Assembly (NCBI RefSeq): GCF_009914755.1
Contig: NC_060932.1
Strand: one strand, 5' to 3'
DNA: 64,000 nt
Source of the DNA: the human T2T-CHM13v2.0 reference genome, Homo sapiens
Position 1 is the first letter of the stretch; each line of letters begins with the position of its first letter. Below are positions 42,477 to 56,866 of this stretch, one piece after another. The notes under the pieces are model-generated. The model saw nothing but the letters and a program-made list of their open reading frames with translations, was not told the origin of the DNA and made no database searches. The translations under genes and the position numbers were made by a program.

Positions 42477-43135
42477 CACAAAGGGAAAATTCCAACAACT
42501 TAACCCATATACAGATCAATCTCATTTTAAGGTACTGACGCAGGATGCTGACAATGCTGATCAAATACCCCTGTAGCCACCTTTAAAAAGCTAGGATACT
42601 CGCTATTCTTCTTCAAATCGCCTTTCAACCTGTGCACAAAGGAAGGTCCGGCACCACCTGCTGTGACTCAGGACAGTCATGTGCCATCAATATTCACCAG
42701 CTACCCACAAACAGGTGCTGGTGCCCAAATTCCTTGGGTTATGAAAACGCCACTCTTAGGTTCTGACATACAAGAGGGTGGAAGAGGAAGCCAGAGTCCC
42801 GGCAACACTTTACCTGCGGCTTTATAGAAATAACTTCACACACTCTCATCTCAATTTCCTACCCTATAAAAGTGAGGAATGTGCACTGAATTCATAGACC
42901 TTCTGAGCTGGAAGGGGGCCTACATACCGGCTTAGAGTAGATTCAATTCATTTACAGGTTATAATGGACAAAGCACCCTTCCAGTAGCAAAATTCTAAAA
43001 ATAGCCACGACAAACTTTAGTTCTGAAAGTTTACTTAACAAATTACTTGTTTGAAATTGGAAATATACTTCCCCACAGGAATAATGTTATAGATTTCTAT
43101 GTCAACCTCCAAAAGCCTATTTCACTTGTAAACTA

Positions 43136-43648
<513 letters not shown>

Positions 43649-43677
43649 TTACAAGTAATCTAAGAGGTGATTTAAAG

Positions 43678-43982
43678 TAGTCATGTGTCACCGAATGACT
43701 GTGATAGGTCTGAGAGATCTATCATTAGGCAATTTCATCAGCACGTGAACATCAAAATGTACTCACACAAACCTACACGGTATTAGGTTTTTATTTATGT
43801 ATATGTTTTCACATGGAAAAACAAATATCCCAGAACCATTACTGAATATCAACCATTTTTCCTACTTGATCTGCAATGCCACTATTTAGTGCCATATGTC
43901 AGGTTTCTACATATGCCCCATTATCTTATGGGACCACAGTTGTATATGTGGTCCCTTGTTGATGAAAACTGCGTGTGACTGT
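43678..43982 (-). mobile_element. Tigger3 (Golem) non-autonomous element, Tigger3d-like
   Basis: TIR-like ends AGTCATGTGTC... and ...GCGTGTGACTG; CTTATGGGACCACAGTTGTATATGTGGTCC; CACAAACCTACACGGTAT. Confidence 0.75.
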
Positions 43983-44427
43983 ACAGACTGTATACAAGAC
44001 GATGTGTGTAGGTTACATACCAATACTACTCCATGTTATACAAGGGACTTGGGCATCCAGATTTCAGTATCCCCAAAACTCCTGGAACCAATCCCCTGAA
44101 GATATGAAGGGACGACCTTACTACTATCACAAGGTCATAGAAGCTCATTGGGATACTAGGAAAGCATCTCCCACCTCCCTGCAGAGCCCCCACTGCCCCT
44201 GCCAAGCCACCAACACCAAGCAATAGGAAGAAATTCACAGCAAGGAAAGGAACAGAGTAAGAATGGAAACAGTAGAAAGGCAGGAATTGGATGTGTGTAA
44301 GAGGTTGAGGCAAAGAATGAGAACTAGACCAGCAGATCCATAAATGCAGCGGGAGAGAGAGGCAAAGGGGGAAATGGTGCATCTGTCCTTCGCGCCCCCA
44401 TCCCCATCGCTGGCTCCTCCATCACAG

Positions 44428-44538
44428 CAGACTTCTGTCGCCACCAGCACAACATTAAAAGGAAGAACTGGGGACCTAGGGACCTGGGAGGAGAGAGGTC
44501 AGAGCAGATACAAGACAAGTCTCCTGGGTCTGCATCAG
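44428..44538 (+). ncRNA. Candidate exon of an antisense spliced lncRNA
   Basis: C-rich pyrimidine tract plus tandem acceptor CACAG/CAG (44427/44430) and perfect donor CAG|GTAAGT (44538/44539); typical exon size. Confidence 0.35.
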
Positions 44539-45689
44539 GTAAGTGGTAAATCTGCAGGCGACATACTGCCCAAATCTAAAAATAACAAACAGACATTTCT
44601 AAAACCATAATTTGGTACGTCCAAGGGTTCCTACGCTTGAAGTGCCTGACCTCGGCACTTGCAGCACCTCATCTGGCCTGGATGTGCTTCCAAGTTCCCA
44701 CTTGCTCCCTCAACTCCTCCCATCTCTGTCCCCTGCCCTGGGAATGCCAGGCTGGGCCAGAGTCTGGGCCCGTGCCCTGAGCACCATGCTCAGAAGGCAC
44801 TGCTCACACCTTCTCTAGCCACACCATGTCATAGGGCAGAGTTCACAGGGCCCCCAAGACATGTTCACCTGGACACCACCCCACCTTCTGGGTCACACTC
44901 CAGGTCTCCCTGGGCCTGCTGCTTTACCTGCCAGTGTCCATTTTCTCAAGGGTGAAGCACTTCACCAGTTTGCATAAGAGAGGTTGTCTGCAGAGGTGTA
45001 GACAGACTTGGGACCTGTGGCCAGGGATGTCTCCCTGTACCACAGAAAGATTTTGGACAAGAAACTTGAGGAGTCTGAGAATTCTACATTGGAGCCTGGC
45101 TTCCAGGTTGTTGTGAAGGTCGTGTTTATTTACCAGGATGGCAGTATAGGACCTGATTTTTAGAGAGCTTGACTTAGAACTTGGAAACAGCTACTTAGAC
45201 ACATGGAATGTGAGCCTCTGTTTGTACTCCTGCCTCGGGTCCAGCAAGTGTTAGGAGCGAGCCTGTCTCTCCTCTCCCTGCTTTGGGCCGCTAGGCAATG
45301 TGCCCAGAAGGTCTAATCAGAGTGTTTGCTAATGAGTTGGCAAGCTCACTTACCTCCCTTCCTAGGGCTCTTCTTAATTAGAAACAAAACAGCTCCCAGC
45401 ACTCCCCAAACAGAAAGTTGCAGCAAATTTCACACCCAATAAAGGAAACTTCCCTCTGCCACTCACCCACACACGAGATCAAAAAGATGACACCTGTTGT
45501 CACCCCTGCCCGGGGACGTATGGTCTTTCCCGGTCTTTGCTGTCAGTACTCTACTCCCAGGGTTTCCACCTAAGGAGAGCACTCACTGATGTACACTGGG
45601 ACTTCAGAGCCCAAAGATTGTGTAAAATATTCAGGCAACAACAGCCAAAACCACAAGGAAGCCATTGACACAAGTCTTGGGTTACTCAC

Positions 45690-45970
45690 CTCCGTGCAAT
45701 TCGGGGCCACACCAATGCACAGCCTGAGCAAGGCTGCGGATCCCGGAACAAGCCCGTCTGCCCAAGTTTGAGGTCTGGTTTTAAGCAGGCTTTCCGGCCA
45801 GCACAGATAACACTATCCTGTTCTGCAATCAGGGCCAGGACACTGCAGTCAGCAGCCCTCACAGGTCCAACTGCAGACCGCTGTCAAGCAACCCCATGAC
45901 CATATATGAAATCCCAATTACCTGTACTTATCCATCGCTAGTTCACTTCGCTGCAGTCCTTCGTAAACCA
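45690..45970 (-). other. CSGALNACT1: Non-coding (5'-UTR/alternative first) exon, probably of CSGALNACT1; 5' boundary uncertain
   Basis: Minus strand reads ...GGATCCGCAGCCTTGCTCAGGCTGTGCATTGGTGTGGCCCCGAATTGCACGGAG|GTGAGT, a consensus donor at 45690/45689. The region is unique sequence with local CpG enrichment. Gene identity is from my recollection of the mRNA 5' UTR, not from an alignment. Confidence 0.6.
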
Positions 45971-46150
45971 AAGAGCAGGTAGAACGAGTTCACCCTGAAC
46001 ACAGCATCCCTTTAAATGACCCTGGAGACCGTGATTTGCCATTGCCAGACAGGATGGACGGGAACAGATAGGCAACTGTGTGCGATCACAGGACATAATG
46101 GAATGAAATGTCAGATCAGGTGTTAGGATTTGATCTGTGCTATGGTTCAA
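45900..46150 (-). promoter_or_regulatory. Putative non-CpG-island promoter of the minus-strand exon
   Basis: Repeat-free and CpG-enriched relative to the window; TTTAAA at 46011-46016 and TATA-like CATATATGAA at 45901-45910; lies 5' of the donor-terminated exon. Confidence 0.4.
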
Positions 46151-46389
46151 TCTGTGCTACAGAGTTCACACTTGGTCAGGCTTTTCCACGATGTGTAAAA
46201 TTCTACAAGGTCTGTGCGGCATCACCTTTACTCTACTTTGCTCAACCACGATCACTGTGATTAGGAAGCCTGCCTATAGCCACATGACCCTCGCCACCTC
46301 CCACAGCCTGGGGGCCAGTTGTCATGGCATTTTATCAGGATCTTGGTCATGAGAAACCACTCTAAAAATGGGTTTCAGAAAGTAGAAGC

Positions 46390-47470
<1,081 letters not shown>

Positions 47471-48285
47471 GGGATAGGAATTGTCTCACTCCTGCTGGGG
47501 TGACTCCCCATAACCCCAGGGCTCTCAGTTCCAAAGAGAAAAAGGGAACAGATGCCTCCTCCCCTCCTCACTCCCCTGGGACCCAGGGATTGCTCCCTGA
47601 AGGTATCGAGCCACCCTCCCTCCCACTCCTCCTGGGAGGCCAAAGAAGCTTAAACAGCAGGGCCCCTCCCTGTGCTGCCCCTGGGAGTGCATGGAGTTCT
47701 GGAAAGGGAAGAAAAGCCAGGTTCCAATCAAAAAGCCTCTCCGTGTAAGCCTTTCTGGCCAACCACCTAAAAAGAGCTCAGAAGAAAAAAAGAACGTGAA
47801 TCTCCAAAGTGTCAGTCATTTGTTCACTTTTCTTTTCTCATTCTAAGTAAATATTCACTTTGGTATGTAATTTCATATCCATGTTGTATGCTTTCTTTAA
47901 AAAAATGTGTGAATTTCAGGCTCCACAAAACCTGGATCCATCCCTGTTCCCACACTTTCTACTGTAACAGCACTCACAGATTTTGCCCTCAATCTATCTT
48001 ATTAAGTTCACATTAAATAACTATACATTTGTAACAGGTGCATTTATGACTATGGTAAAGAGCACAAACTTTGAAATTTGAACTTGGGAAAGCATGAGGA
48101 GATCAGGTATGTAAAAATGCTAAGAACAGTACCCAATACATGGCAATAAAAACCTGACGAAGCAAGGCCTGAACAAATATGTTAAAGTGCTTATTCCCAG
48201 TTGGCAAGATAATGGGAGTTTTTTCTTCTTTTTATTTCTATTTTCTAACTTACCAGCAATGAGCACATAAGGCAGTTATGTCCCA

Positions 48286-48520
48286 TCAGCCCAGGAGTTT
48301 GAGACCAGTCTGGGCAACATGGCAAAACCCTGTCTCTACAAAAATGAGCTGGGCTTGGTGTCATGTGCCTGTGGTCCCAGCTAACCAGGAGGCTGAGATG
48401 GGAGGATTGCCAGAGGCTGCAGTGAGTCACGATTGCACCACTGCACTCCAGCATGGGAGACAGAGGAAGACCCTGCCCCAAAAACAAAACAAGAAACAAA
48501 GAAATAAAACAAGAAAAAAA
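48286..48520 (+). mobile_element. 5'-truncated AluJ with an internal deletion
   Basis: AGCCCAGGAGTTTGAGACC...GGAGGATTGCCAGAGGCTGCAGTGAG. Confidence 0.9.
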
Positions 48521-48819
48521 TTATTTGAGGATGCTCCTAATTAGCATTAACTAGTTCTTAGTGTTACATGGTTCTTTAAAAGGAACGGTTTCAAAGTACA
48601 GTGCCCTGAACTATCAACCTTAATATGATTTTGAGAGCTGGGTTCTCAGGCTGAAGGTGCCCCTGATGGATTCAGATGAGATGGAACGATGGTCCCTCCC
48701 TCAGTACAGATCCTGCTTCTAGGCCATCATTCATATTCTGAATCTGACAGGCAGGTATTTCAAGGAAGCGCATTTTGCCACCAGGCTAACTTTGACATAC
48801 CAACGAGAAGGAGTGGGAA

Positions 48820-49040
48820 GAGGTAGTTTTGGAGTAAGGAGGCTTGAGTTTAAGTTCTACTTCTGCTAGTTAATAGCCGTACAACCTCAGGCAAATGACT
48901 TAACTTCATTAAGGCCACCTGATCACTTGTAAAACTTGGGTAGTGCCATCTACCCATACTCATGTATCGAAACAATCGCGTAAGTACACACTCTTGGTGG
49001 ACTGTGACGTGTTCCTCAAGTAGGAAGATTACAGTGATAG
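48820..49040 (+). mobile_element. MIR
   Basis: GAGTTTAAGTTCTACTTCTGC...CAGGCAAATGACTTAACTTC. Confidence 0.6.
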
Positions 49041-52000
49041 CTGCCTTTACACAAATGACTACACAGCACAGTCAAGAGCACAGTTAATTCTTTTTCTCCA
49101 GTGAATCAACCTTGGCCGATGGAAATGGGAACTTCAGGGTTCTGCTTTGCTCTCCAGCCAGGGGACTGACAAGGACCCCCCAAAAGCAGAGCCAAAGAGA
49201 GTTAAAAACAAATGGCCATGCAGGGGACACACAGGGTGGTCTCCATGTCAGCCAGGACTCTTGATAACAACGGATGGACTGAACACTTACCAGCTTAGAG
49301 GAAAAAAAACTAGAAGAATAGAAAAAGCTCACTCTCACTTTATCCATAGGAGACAGCATTCAGGGGGCTCAAAGAAGCCCACCAGGTCTCAGGAGCTACA
49401 GGAGTCTTGCTGCCACAGCCACCAACGCATTCTAACTGACCTTCCTCTTTGCACTGCTCGCTCCAGTTTCAAAGTTCCAGTGAAATGCACCCAGCTGGCT
49501 GTCCTTGGGGGTTTGTCTGTGCCTAGGCAGAGCCAATGCCTGCCTCCTACCAAGACTACACATAGAAGGCAAGTCCCAGGAACTGAAATAATAGCCACCA
49601 AAAAACAAACTCCACTGGGCATAAACATTGGCCACATAGAACTTCAATTCCTCTGCAAACTGGAGCTTTTCACCACCTCTCCCTTGTGCCTAGATAGGAT
49701 AAAATAATAGAAGCTGGACAGGGAGGGAACATTCAGAAATTTAACAACCTCAGAAGGGAACATTCAGAACCACCCCAGACAGGGATACCATCCATCCTCT
49801 GACTGCCCTGGGAAAGTAACAGGTGACGTCACAGAGTCATCATGGTTGCTGGACTAGAGATAGGACTTCTGGTGGGGCACATCTCTCTCTCCTTCTCTGA
49901 CTCCATGGCCAACAGTTTAACGTAATGGTTCCCTCTCAGCCTTGGCACAGAGCTTTCCATCAGGACCAAATCATACACAATATAGATGCCCATATGCTAG
50001 GAAACACAAGCAACAAAGATCTGTTTTTCAAATGCCCTGTATAACTTAAATGTTATGATTGCGGTTTGGATCTATTCATGGTCTTGGGGCTTGTTTGCAT
50101 TAAGAACTGCAAAAAATGTGCACAGTATGAGAGTGTATTTGTGACGTTTGTTTTACCACAATGCAGTCAATACATCGAGACCTCAAAACCACCAATGAGC
50201 TTTTTCTCTAGTTGGTCATCCTACCAACCTCTTGACAAATTCCTCAGCAAGACATTTAACCATCAATCTCTATCTATGATCACTTAAACACACACACTTC
50301 CTCTACTAGGCAGAAAAACTTAGGTAATCAATGTCTCATCCTCTGACCCATCAGAAGTTTTGCTTTAGAAAAAGAGTATAGCTGCTCCAAAAGAGATGCC
50401 CCACTAAAATATATTATATATGTGCATATCACAACAATCTCAATGTACAATGCTGTACAGATGTGATGCAAATTACTAAAAAAAAATGAAATTAACTAAA
50501 ATGGAAGTTCTTTTCACATAGAAGTTAATTAGCACAAAGTATAAACTGGATTATGTTACTCCGTCCATGTTGTATGCCTTGGTCCATTACCACACTAATA
50601 TAATTCCTGAAATATCAACCATTTCTCACATGTCAGAGAAAATTTGGCTTTTAAAGACATGCAGTTCCAGAAATGAAACTCCATTCACCTATTATCAACT
50701 CTAGTCTTTGGTCTTTACTCCTTATAAAGAAAAAGACTACATAAAGACAATACTATTATTACTATGTCCATTACAACTGTAGATCATGAAGCAAAAATTA
50801 TTGCTGTTTTTCAATGGCTGACACTTCCAGGCCAATTTCTTGTAGAAGTCAGTAAATGGAAAAGTGACTGAAGCAGATACTGTATAACCCTCAGAGGAAA
50901 AAGAATCAAGTTTCTGAGAACACATAAACAGCCACTGACTTACAGGATGACAAATAATCAGTTTCTTACATCCGTGTTGTGGTTTGCAAGGTACAATTTA
51001 CCGTTTAGAATCTACTTTATAGGAGTCATCAATCTCACAGCCCTCCTCTCAAAACATCCCTCTGAAGTAGGTGTTCATTTCCCATTTTACACATGGCCAG
51101 TTGACACCCCCAGAGTGAACAACTCTCTGACTAGATCAGTATTTGGTCCCTGGAGACATCGGTGGGGCCTTCTTGAAGCCCTGTGTCTTCCCATGGGCTG
51201 CTTTCCTCAATGGGTAATTTAGGGAAATAGATGGAGTTGATTGGTAAGATCTTTGAGATCAGGGTGAGGAGAACAATTCATACCTATAGGGACGTCACCA
51301 GGGTTGCTGCAGCATCCATCCACATGGGAGATTGATTCTGTAAAAAAAAATCTCTTTGGTCTAATATAAAACAAAATGGTAGACAAGTGGCCACACCCTG
51401 AAGGGGAAGGCAAGGGGTCACGCAGGTGGTGGGCAATTGCTAAGTGACATTTTTCTACAGGTGGAATTCCTTTGTTCTAAAGCAAATGTTTAACCAGTGC
51501 CCATTGTATATGTGCTGTGCCAGGAGCCCTGCACTTAAAATCCACAAATTATGTCACATACATGATAGAAACAATGCCACCTTATACTTTGCATTGACTC
51601 CTTCCCTTCACCCTATTCTCTCATCTTTATTTTAAAAAAAGAAAAAGCTGATAAAATAGATAGGAATATGAAAGCTCTCTCAGCCCACTGTATCCTTCTC
51701 CCTCTTTCCTGTCTCAGCTAAGCACTCTGAGAGCATCGTCTACACCTGCTGCTTCCAGATCATCATCTCCCAGTTGTTCCCAGCAGCCCAGCAGTCTGAC
51801 TTCCATCCCTACCATCCCAACAGAACTGCCCTCGCCAACCTCCTCCACATGCACCATGGTCCGAAGATAATGAACACTGCTCAGGACTCGCCTAACTGGG
51901 ACAAAATTGATTCCTATCTGGACGTGCAGCCATGCATGTCCACGTAATTATGGATAACAGTGCAGTGTCACCTTAGCAACAAGTGATCAGTCTTTCATTT

Positions 52001-52049
52001 AGAAGCCACAGTTTGGCTAGGGTAAATGTTAATGAGAGGCTTCTAATGG

Positions 52050-52545
52050 AGTATGGCAGTTTTAAAACATACCAAAATCTTTGATTCTCCTCTTAATCCA
52101 TCTCCTATTGCCCCGTCCTCTGCAATCTGGGCCAAGGAGTACAGCACAGCAGTAGCGATGCCATGTGCCTTCCAAGACTATGTCATAAAAGACTGTATTA
52201 TAGTTCTCCACCTGGTTCTCCTGGAACAATCACTCTTATAACCCAGCTACCATGGTATGACAAGGTCCAGGCAGCCCATGGCGTGTTCTACATGAAGAGG
52301 GCCATTTGGAGAGGAACCAGGACCCCGGCCCTGGACCCCAACTGAGCTCTGGTCAACAGCCTTTTGAGCAGCCATCTTGAAAGAGGATTCTCCAGCCCCC
52401 TGAACGGTCCCAGCTGACACTGCATGGAACCCAAACCTTCCATGCCTAGCCATGCCCAAGTTGCCTATTTCCGAACTCAATAACTGTTGTTTTGAGCCAC
52501 TGTTTTGAAGAGGTTTGCTACACAGCAATAAATAACTGATACACA
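52050..52545 (+). mobile_element. MLT1F/G-like MaLR solo LTR
   Basis: GCCATCTTGAAAGAGGATTCTCCAGCCCC...GAGCCACTGTTTTGAAGAGGTTTGCTACACAGCAATAAATAACTGATACA. Confidence 0.8.
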
Positions 52546-52610
52546 CGACTATAAAAGATTCTGGCTTCTGCTTAAAAATTCTATGAGAAAGATGCTGAGA
52601 ATTTTCTATG

Positions 52611-53049
52611 TATTAAACTATTAAGATTTATAGGAGGCCATTGATTTAGACTGAGCTCCTGCTCTAGGCTTCAACAGATCCAACCAAAATAGAGTCACTC
52701 ATGCTAAAGTTCCACATCACCAAACCAAAACTAAGCTATTTATCTGACCTGAGAAATCAAGAGAGAGAGATGCTAGTTAAATCCCCAAACAGCAAGTTTT
52801 AGCATAAAGAAGTCCCCTGTGCTTGAACCCTTACAAGGAAAGTGACGTAGAGTAACCTGATATTAACAATCTGCTTTTTTGCGCTATGCTGTTTTCTTGT
52901 TCCTGCTCAAGCCACCTTTTAAAAACCAACCGCCAATGCCTGATCCAGAGTCCCTTTTCTGCATCTTTAGATGAAATGATGCCCAGTTCATGAATCACTA
53001 ATCATTAAAGCCAATTTGAGTTTCAAACTAAATGTGTTGAATTTTAACA
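52611..53049 (+). mobile_element. ERV1-class solo LTR (MER57/MER93-like; subfamily uncertain)
   Basis: TATAGGAGGCCATTGATTTAGACTGAGCTCCTG...CCAAAATAGAGTCACTCATGCTAAAG...ATTAAAGCCAAT...TTTTAACA. Confidence 0.7.
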
Positions 53050-53938
53050 GGACTCAACAAATAAAACACTATATTGTAGAGACAACTGCAGGTATAAATT
53101 TACTACAATCTGGATAAAACTTTTTTGGAAAAGGTTCAAAGCAGTTATATTCTAATACATTTCCTAATATTGAGTGGACAATTAATACATGAATACTTTT
53201 CAAATCAATTGCTAAAGTAACAGAAGATATAATTTTACCTCTTTTCCTTCCAGAAGGCAACATTAACTGCATTTATAGCCAAGTAATGCTATTTTAAAAT
53301 CTTCGTTATCCAGATTAATTCTCCATACTATTATAAATTCATCAGTATTTCTAATATCATCCTGCTCCCAGGACTTAGATATCTCTACTTTGGGCCTTAA
53401 CGTTCTGTTTCTGCTAAGAAAAAAAAATGACAAAAGCTACCACAAGTGTGATATATAGAACTATTAAATAGTCAAAGAGCTCATCTTTCTCCTAACTCAG
53501 AGTTTGACTACAGCTTACCAAAAATGACAAAATAGAAAACATATATAAAACAGATTTTTTTCCTCTATAACCAAAGCCCACTTGTAATAAACTACATGAG
53601 AGGTTCAAATTTGCTTGATCATAATAGAGCTGTTTAAAAATACATGGCTGGAATTCACATTTGCAGTTTGCAGATGGAGCAATAACGATACTCTGAATTA
53701 ATAATATGTGATTGAAACTCCGCATGGAAGGAGGGGGTGTGTTATCCCACCCTTTCTATCCTGCAAGCCTAGGTCTTCCTAAGGACTACTTTGCTCAACG
53801 GGTAATTTGGGAAATTAGAGTTTGTTGTTCAGATGTCTGAGATCAGGGATAAGCAAAAGATTTCACGACTCTGTGAAGGTCACTGGCAATGACCACAGCA
53901 ACCATTAATAAAGATTGCCTTATTAAAAATCTCCATGG

Positions 53939-54113
53939 CACTGGGCACTGTGGCTCATGTCTGTAATGCCAGCACTTAGGAAGGCCAAGAGAGGAAGATT
54001 GCTTGAATCCAGGAGTTCAAGGCTGCAGTGAGTGGCAATTGCACCACTGCACTCAAGCTTGGACAACAGAGTGAGACCTAGTCTCAAAGAAAAGAAGAAA
54101 AACACAAATAAAA
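53939..54113 (+). mobile_element. Alu monomer (FRAM-like)
   Basis: Single arm with A tail; degenerate TSD AAAATCTCCATGGC / AAAACTCTCTGCGGC. Confidence 0.88.
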
Positions 54114-54779
54114 CTCTCTGCGGCTTATCATAAAATGAAATGTCAGCCAAGGCAAGAGGCCACGCCCGAAGGAGAAAACAGATAGGTCTGAGTGTGGGGG
54201 TAATGCTCCAGGCAGCAGGTGGTGAGCAAAGGGGTCAAGCTGGGTTCCTGGGAAGTTCCCCATAAATTTCAGCCAACGATGCACAGGCCTCCTCCCAAAC
54301 ACCGCTGAGCAGGGCTTCTAGATCTCACTGTTTTTGACAACACAGCCAACCTCAGCTACCAGGGTCATTTGGACCAAAAGGGAAAATACCACTAATCAAA
54401 CAGGGCCCAATTTCTTAAAACAAACAAAACAAAACAAAAACAAACACCAATTGCCTTCTCATTAGAAAAGAACTTAAGAAAATCACTAGGCCTGTTAGAC
54501 CAAACAACTAACTCCACAGGTGGTTAACAGCCTGGCCCACTGAGTGGGGCAGCACCCAGTCCTGCAGCTCCACAGCCCTGACGATAACGCAGGCTTGACT
54601 TTCATTCACAGACGGCCTAGGGGACATCGACAGCTGACCCAAGCCATGACATTCCATGCCTGCTTCCTAGCCTTGTGGCTGTGAACTAGTGACTCAGCCT
54701 CTTTAAGCCTCAGCTCCTCTGCTGTAAGATGGAGCTAACTATACGGGTCTGGAACACTGTAAGAGCCACACACTGAAGT

Positions 54780-55358
54780 AGTGATTCTCCAAGTGTGTCG
54801 CTGGGCTGGCAGCAACAGCATCATCTGGAAATTTGTGAGAAATGCACATCTCCAGCCCCCACCCAGACCTACTGTATTGCACCGTTTTCACACTGCTACA
54901 AAGAACTGCCCAAGACTGGGTAATTTCTAAAGAAAAGAGGTTTAATTGACTTACAGTTCTTCATGACTGGGGAGGCCTGAGGAAGCTTAGAATCATGGCA
55001 GAAGGGGAAACAAACACATAGTTCTTCGCAAAGTAGCAGAAGAGAAAGAGCAAGCAAGAGTAGTAGGGAAAACTGCCTTGGAAAACCATCAGATATCCTG
55101 AGAACTCACTCACTATCACGAGAACAGCATGGAGGAACCGCCCCCATGATCCAATCACCTCCCACCTGGTCCCTCCCTCGACACACAGGAATTATAGGGA
55201 TTACAATTAGAGATGAGATTTAGGTGGGGACACAGCCAAACCATATCACCTACTAAAACAAAAATGGAGTGGGAGAACTTAAGGGGCTGGGAGAGCCTCC
55301 TGCAATGTTACCTGCCCTTCAGGTGCTTCTAATTCACACTAAAGTTGGAGAACCACTG
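54780..55358. mobile_element. MER5A split by the THE1 LTR
   Basis: AGTGATTCTCCAAGTGTG...CAGCATCATCTGGAAATTTGTGAGAAATGCA and AAAGTTGGAGAACCACTG. Confidence 0.8.
54873..55248 (-). mobile_element. THE1 (C/D-like) MaLR solo LTR
   Basis: TGTATT...GGTTTAATTGACTTACAGTTC...GGGGACACAGCCAAACCATATCA; exact 5-bp TSD CCTAC. Confidence 0.93.
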
Positions 55359-56039
55359 AGCTACTGTCTTAAAGCATAGTTACCATTGTAACAAATAGCT
55401 CCTCCCTTCTCTGCAATGAAGATAACACAATGTTCTACCTGGTGTGTTCAATGTCTACGCTCATGGTAAGGGAGATAGATGGTGATGATGATGATGGGGA
55501 GGATGAAAATGATCATTTTTCTTTATCGAGTGACAGGAAGTGGGACAAGGAACAGAAGACATCCTCATTCATGGCTAAAAATGTATGTGACTAACTCACA
55601 TGGCTGTTGCTTCTGTGGCCATCCAGGACATAAAGGCAGAAAATGAGCTTTTTTAATACAGAACTTTATTTTATAATCATGGTAATGGAAATTTCCATCT
55701 TCCTTCCAGAACGTTTCAACAATTTCAAGAGGGTTTGGTGGAGCTCTGGTCAAAAGTCTAGCTGCTGAGGCTTCACGTGGCAACAGAAATCTAAAAAAAG
55801 AGTGCCTAGATCCTTAACCTCCCCAGAATCTGGCTGAGCTTCCAACAGGCTGGAGAATAAGCACTGTCACCTGGCACAGGAAGGGCTCTCAGGCAGATGA
55901 GGGCACTGGCAGAAGCCTGGGAAAATGCAATGCATCTGATGCTCTGAGGCCTTCAACATTCTCGCAGGCTTGCTCTGCTACCCAGGTGAAATCCATGATG
56001 CCATCAGCCCCCATCAGCACACCTGCCAGGAGTCTCGCT

Positions 56040-56528
56040 CCATCCCTGACCCAGCCTTGTGCCTATGTGCCAGTCATTTGCCTATTTGCTCTTTGACTCA
56101 TTCCCTACCCTTCACCTGCAAACTACCTTTTCCAGGCTTATTTGCCAACTGGCTCCAGCTGGGTTTAAGTGGAAGACTGGAGGACGAGAGGAAGCCAGAG
56201 AATTTCCTCCCCTGCCTTTCTCTGCTTGTGGTGATATCTCCAGCAGTGGCCTTTTCTTCTCCATGATTCCAACTCCCAGCAGACAGACCTTCCCTCTACA
56301 GTCCCAGGTGCTTCTGAACACCCCCATGCAGATGCAGTTCTTCACCTGTGGTACCACCATCCTCTCTCTGTTCTACCAGCCTTTGTCACAGTAACGGTTT
56401 CCTGCTACTGTTAATATCTGGGTGAGTTTATCACCCCTATTTGGCTTTTCGCATCTTCTAAAGATCTTTGTAACTAAGTACTTTCATTAAAGTGCTCCTA
56501 TTTTATTGCATGGGCCATGACTAATGCA
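56040..56528 (+). mobile_element. ERVL LTR (LTR33-like)
   Basis: TTGCCAACTGGCTCCAGCTGGGTTT...GGAAGCCAGAGAATTTCCTCCCC...TTCCTGCTACTGTTAATATCTGGG...ATTAAA. Confidence 0.6.
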
Positions 56529-56824
56529 GCCTCCTCTCATGTCTTCAATCTTGATCACGCCTTACCTGCTGCCCACCCAACTGACTCAGCTCCCTATCCA
56601 AGATTTTCTCTGGACCTGTCTACGGGGAGCCCCTGTTCACATACAGAGCTTTAGTTCTTACCTCTTTGTGATCAACCAGTTTTGATACCAGTTCATCCAA
56701 CTGTGCCCTGACACCAACCCAAGCCCTGACCACCCACACTCAATATTCACCTAACTCCAGCTTTCTCGGGACAAGCCAGTCTCCACTGGTATCTGCTACC
56801 TTCCCCTTCTTGAACTCGGTAACT

Positions 56825-56866
56825 ATTAGGTTGGTGCAAAAGTAATTACGGTTTTTGCCATAATAA
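56825..56866. mobile_element. MADE1 (Hsmar1-derived MITE), partial
   Basis: TATTAGGTTGGTGCAAAAGTAATTACGGTTTTTGCCAT. Confidence 0.85.

Noticed and set aside
45690-46100. CpG island
   Set aside because: About 14 CpGs in roughly 400 bp by eye: enriched locally but not a convincing island
49147-49707. 186-aa ORF
   Set aside because: TTG start, no recognisable domain, no convincing flanking splice sites
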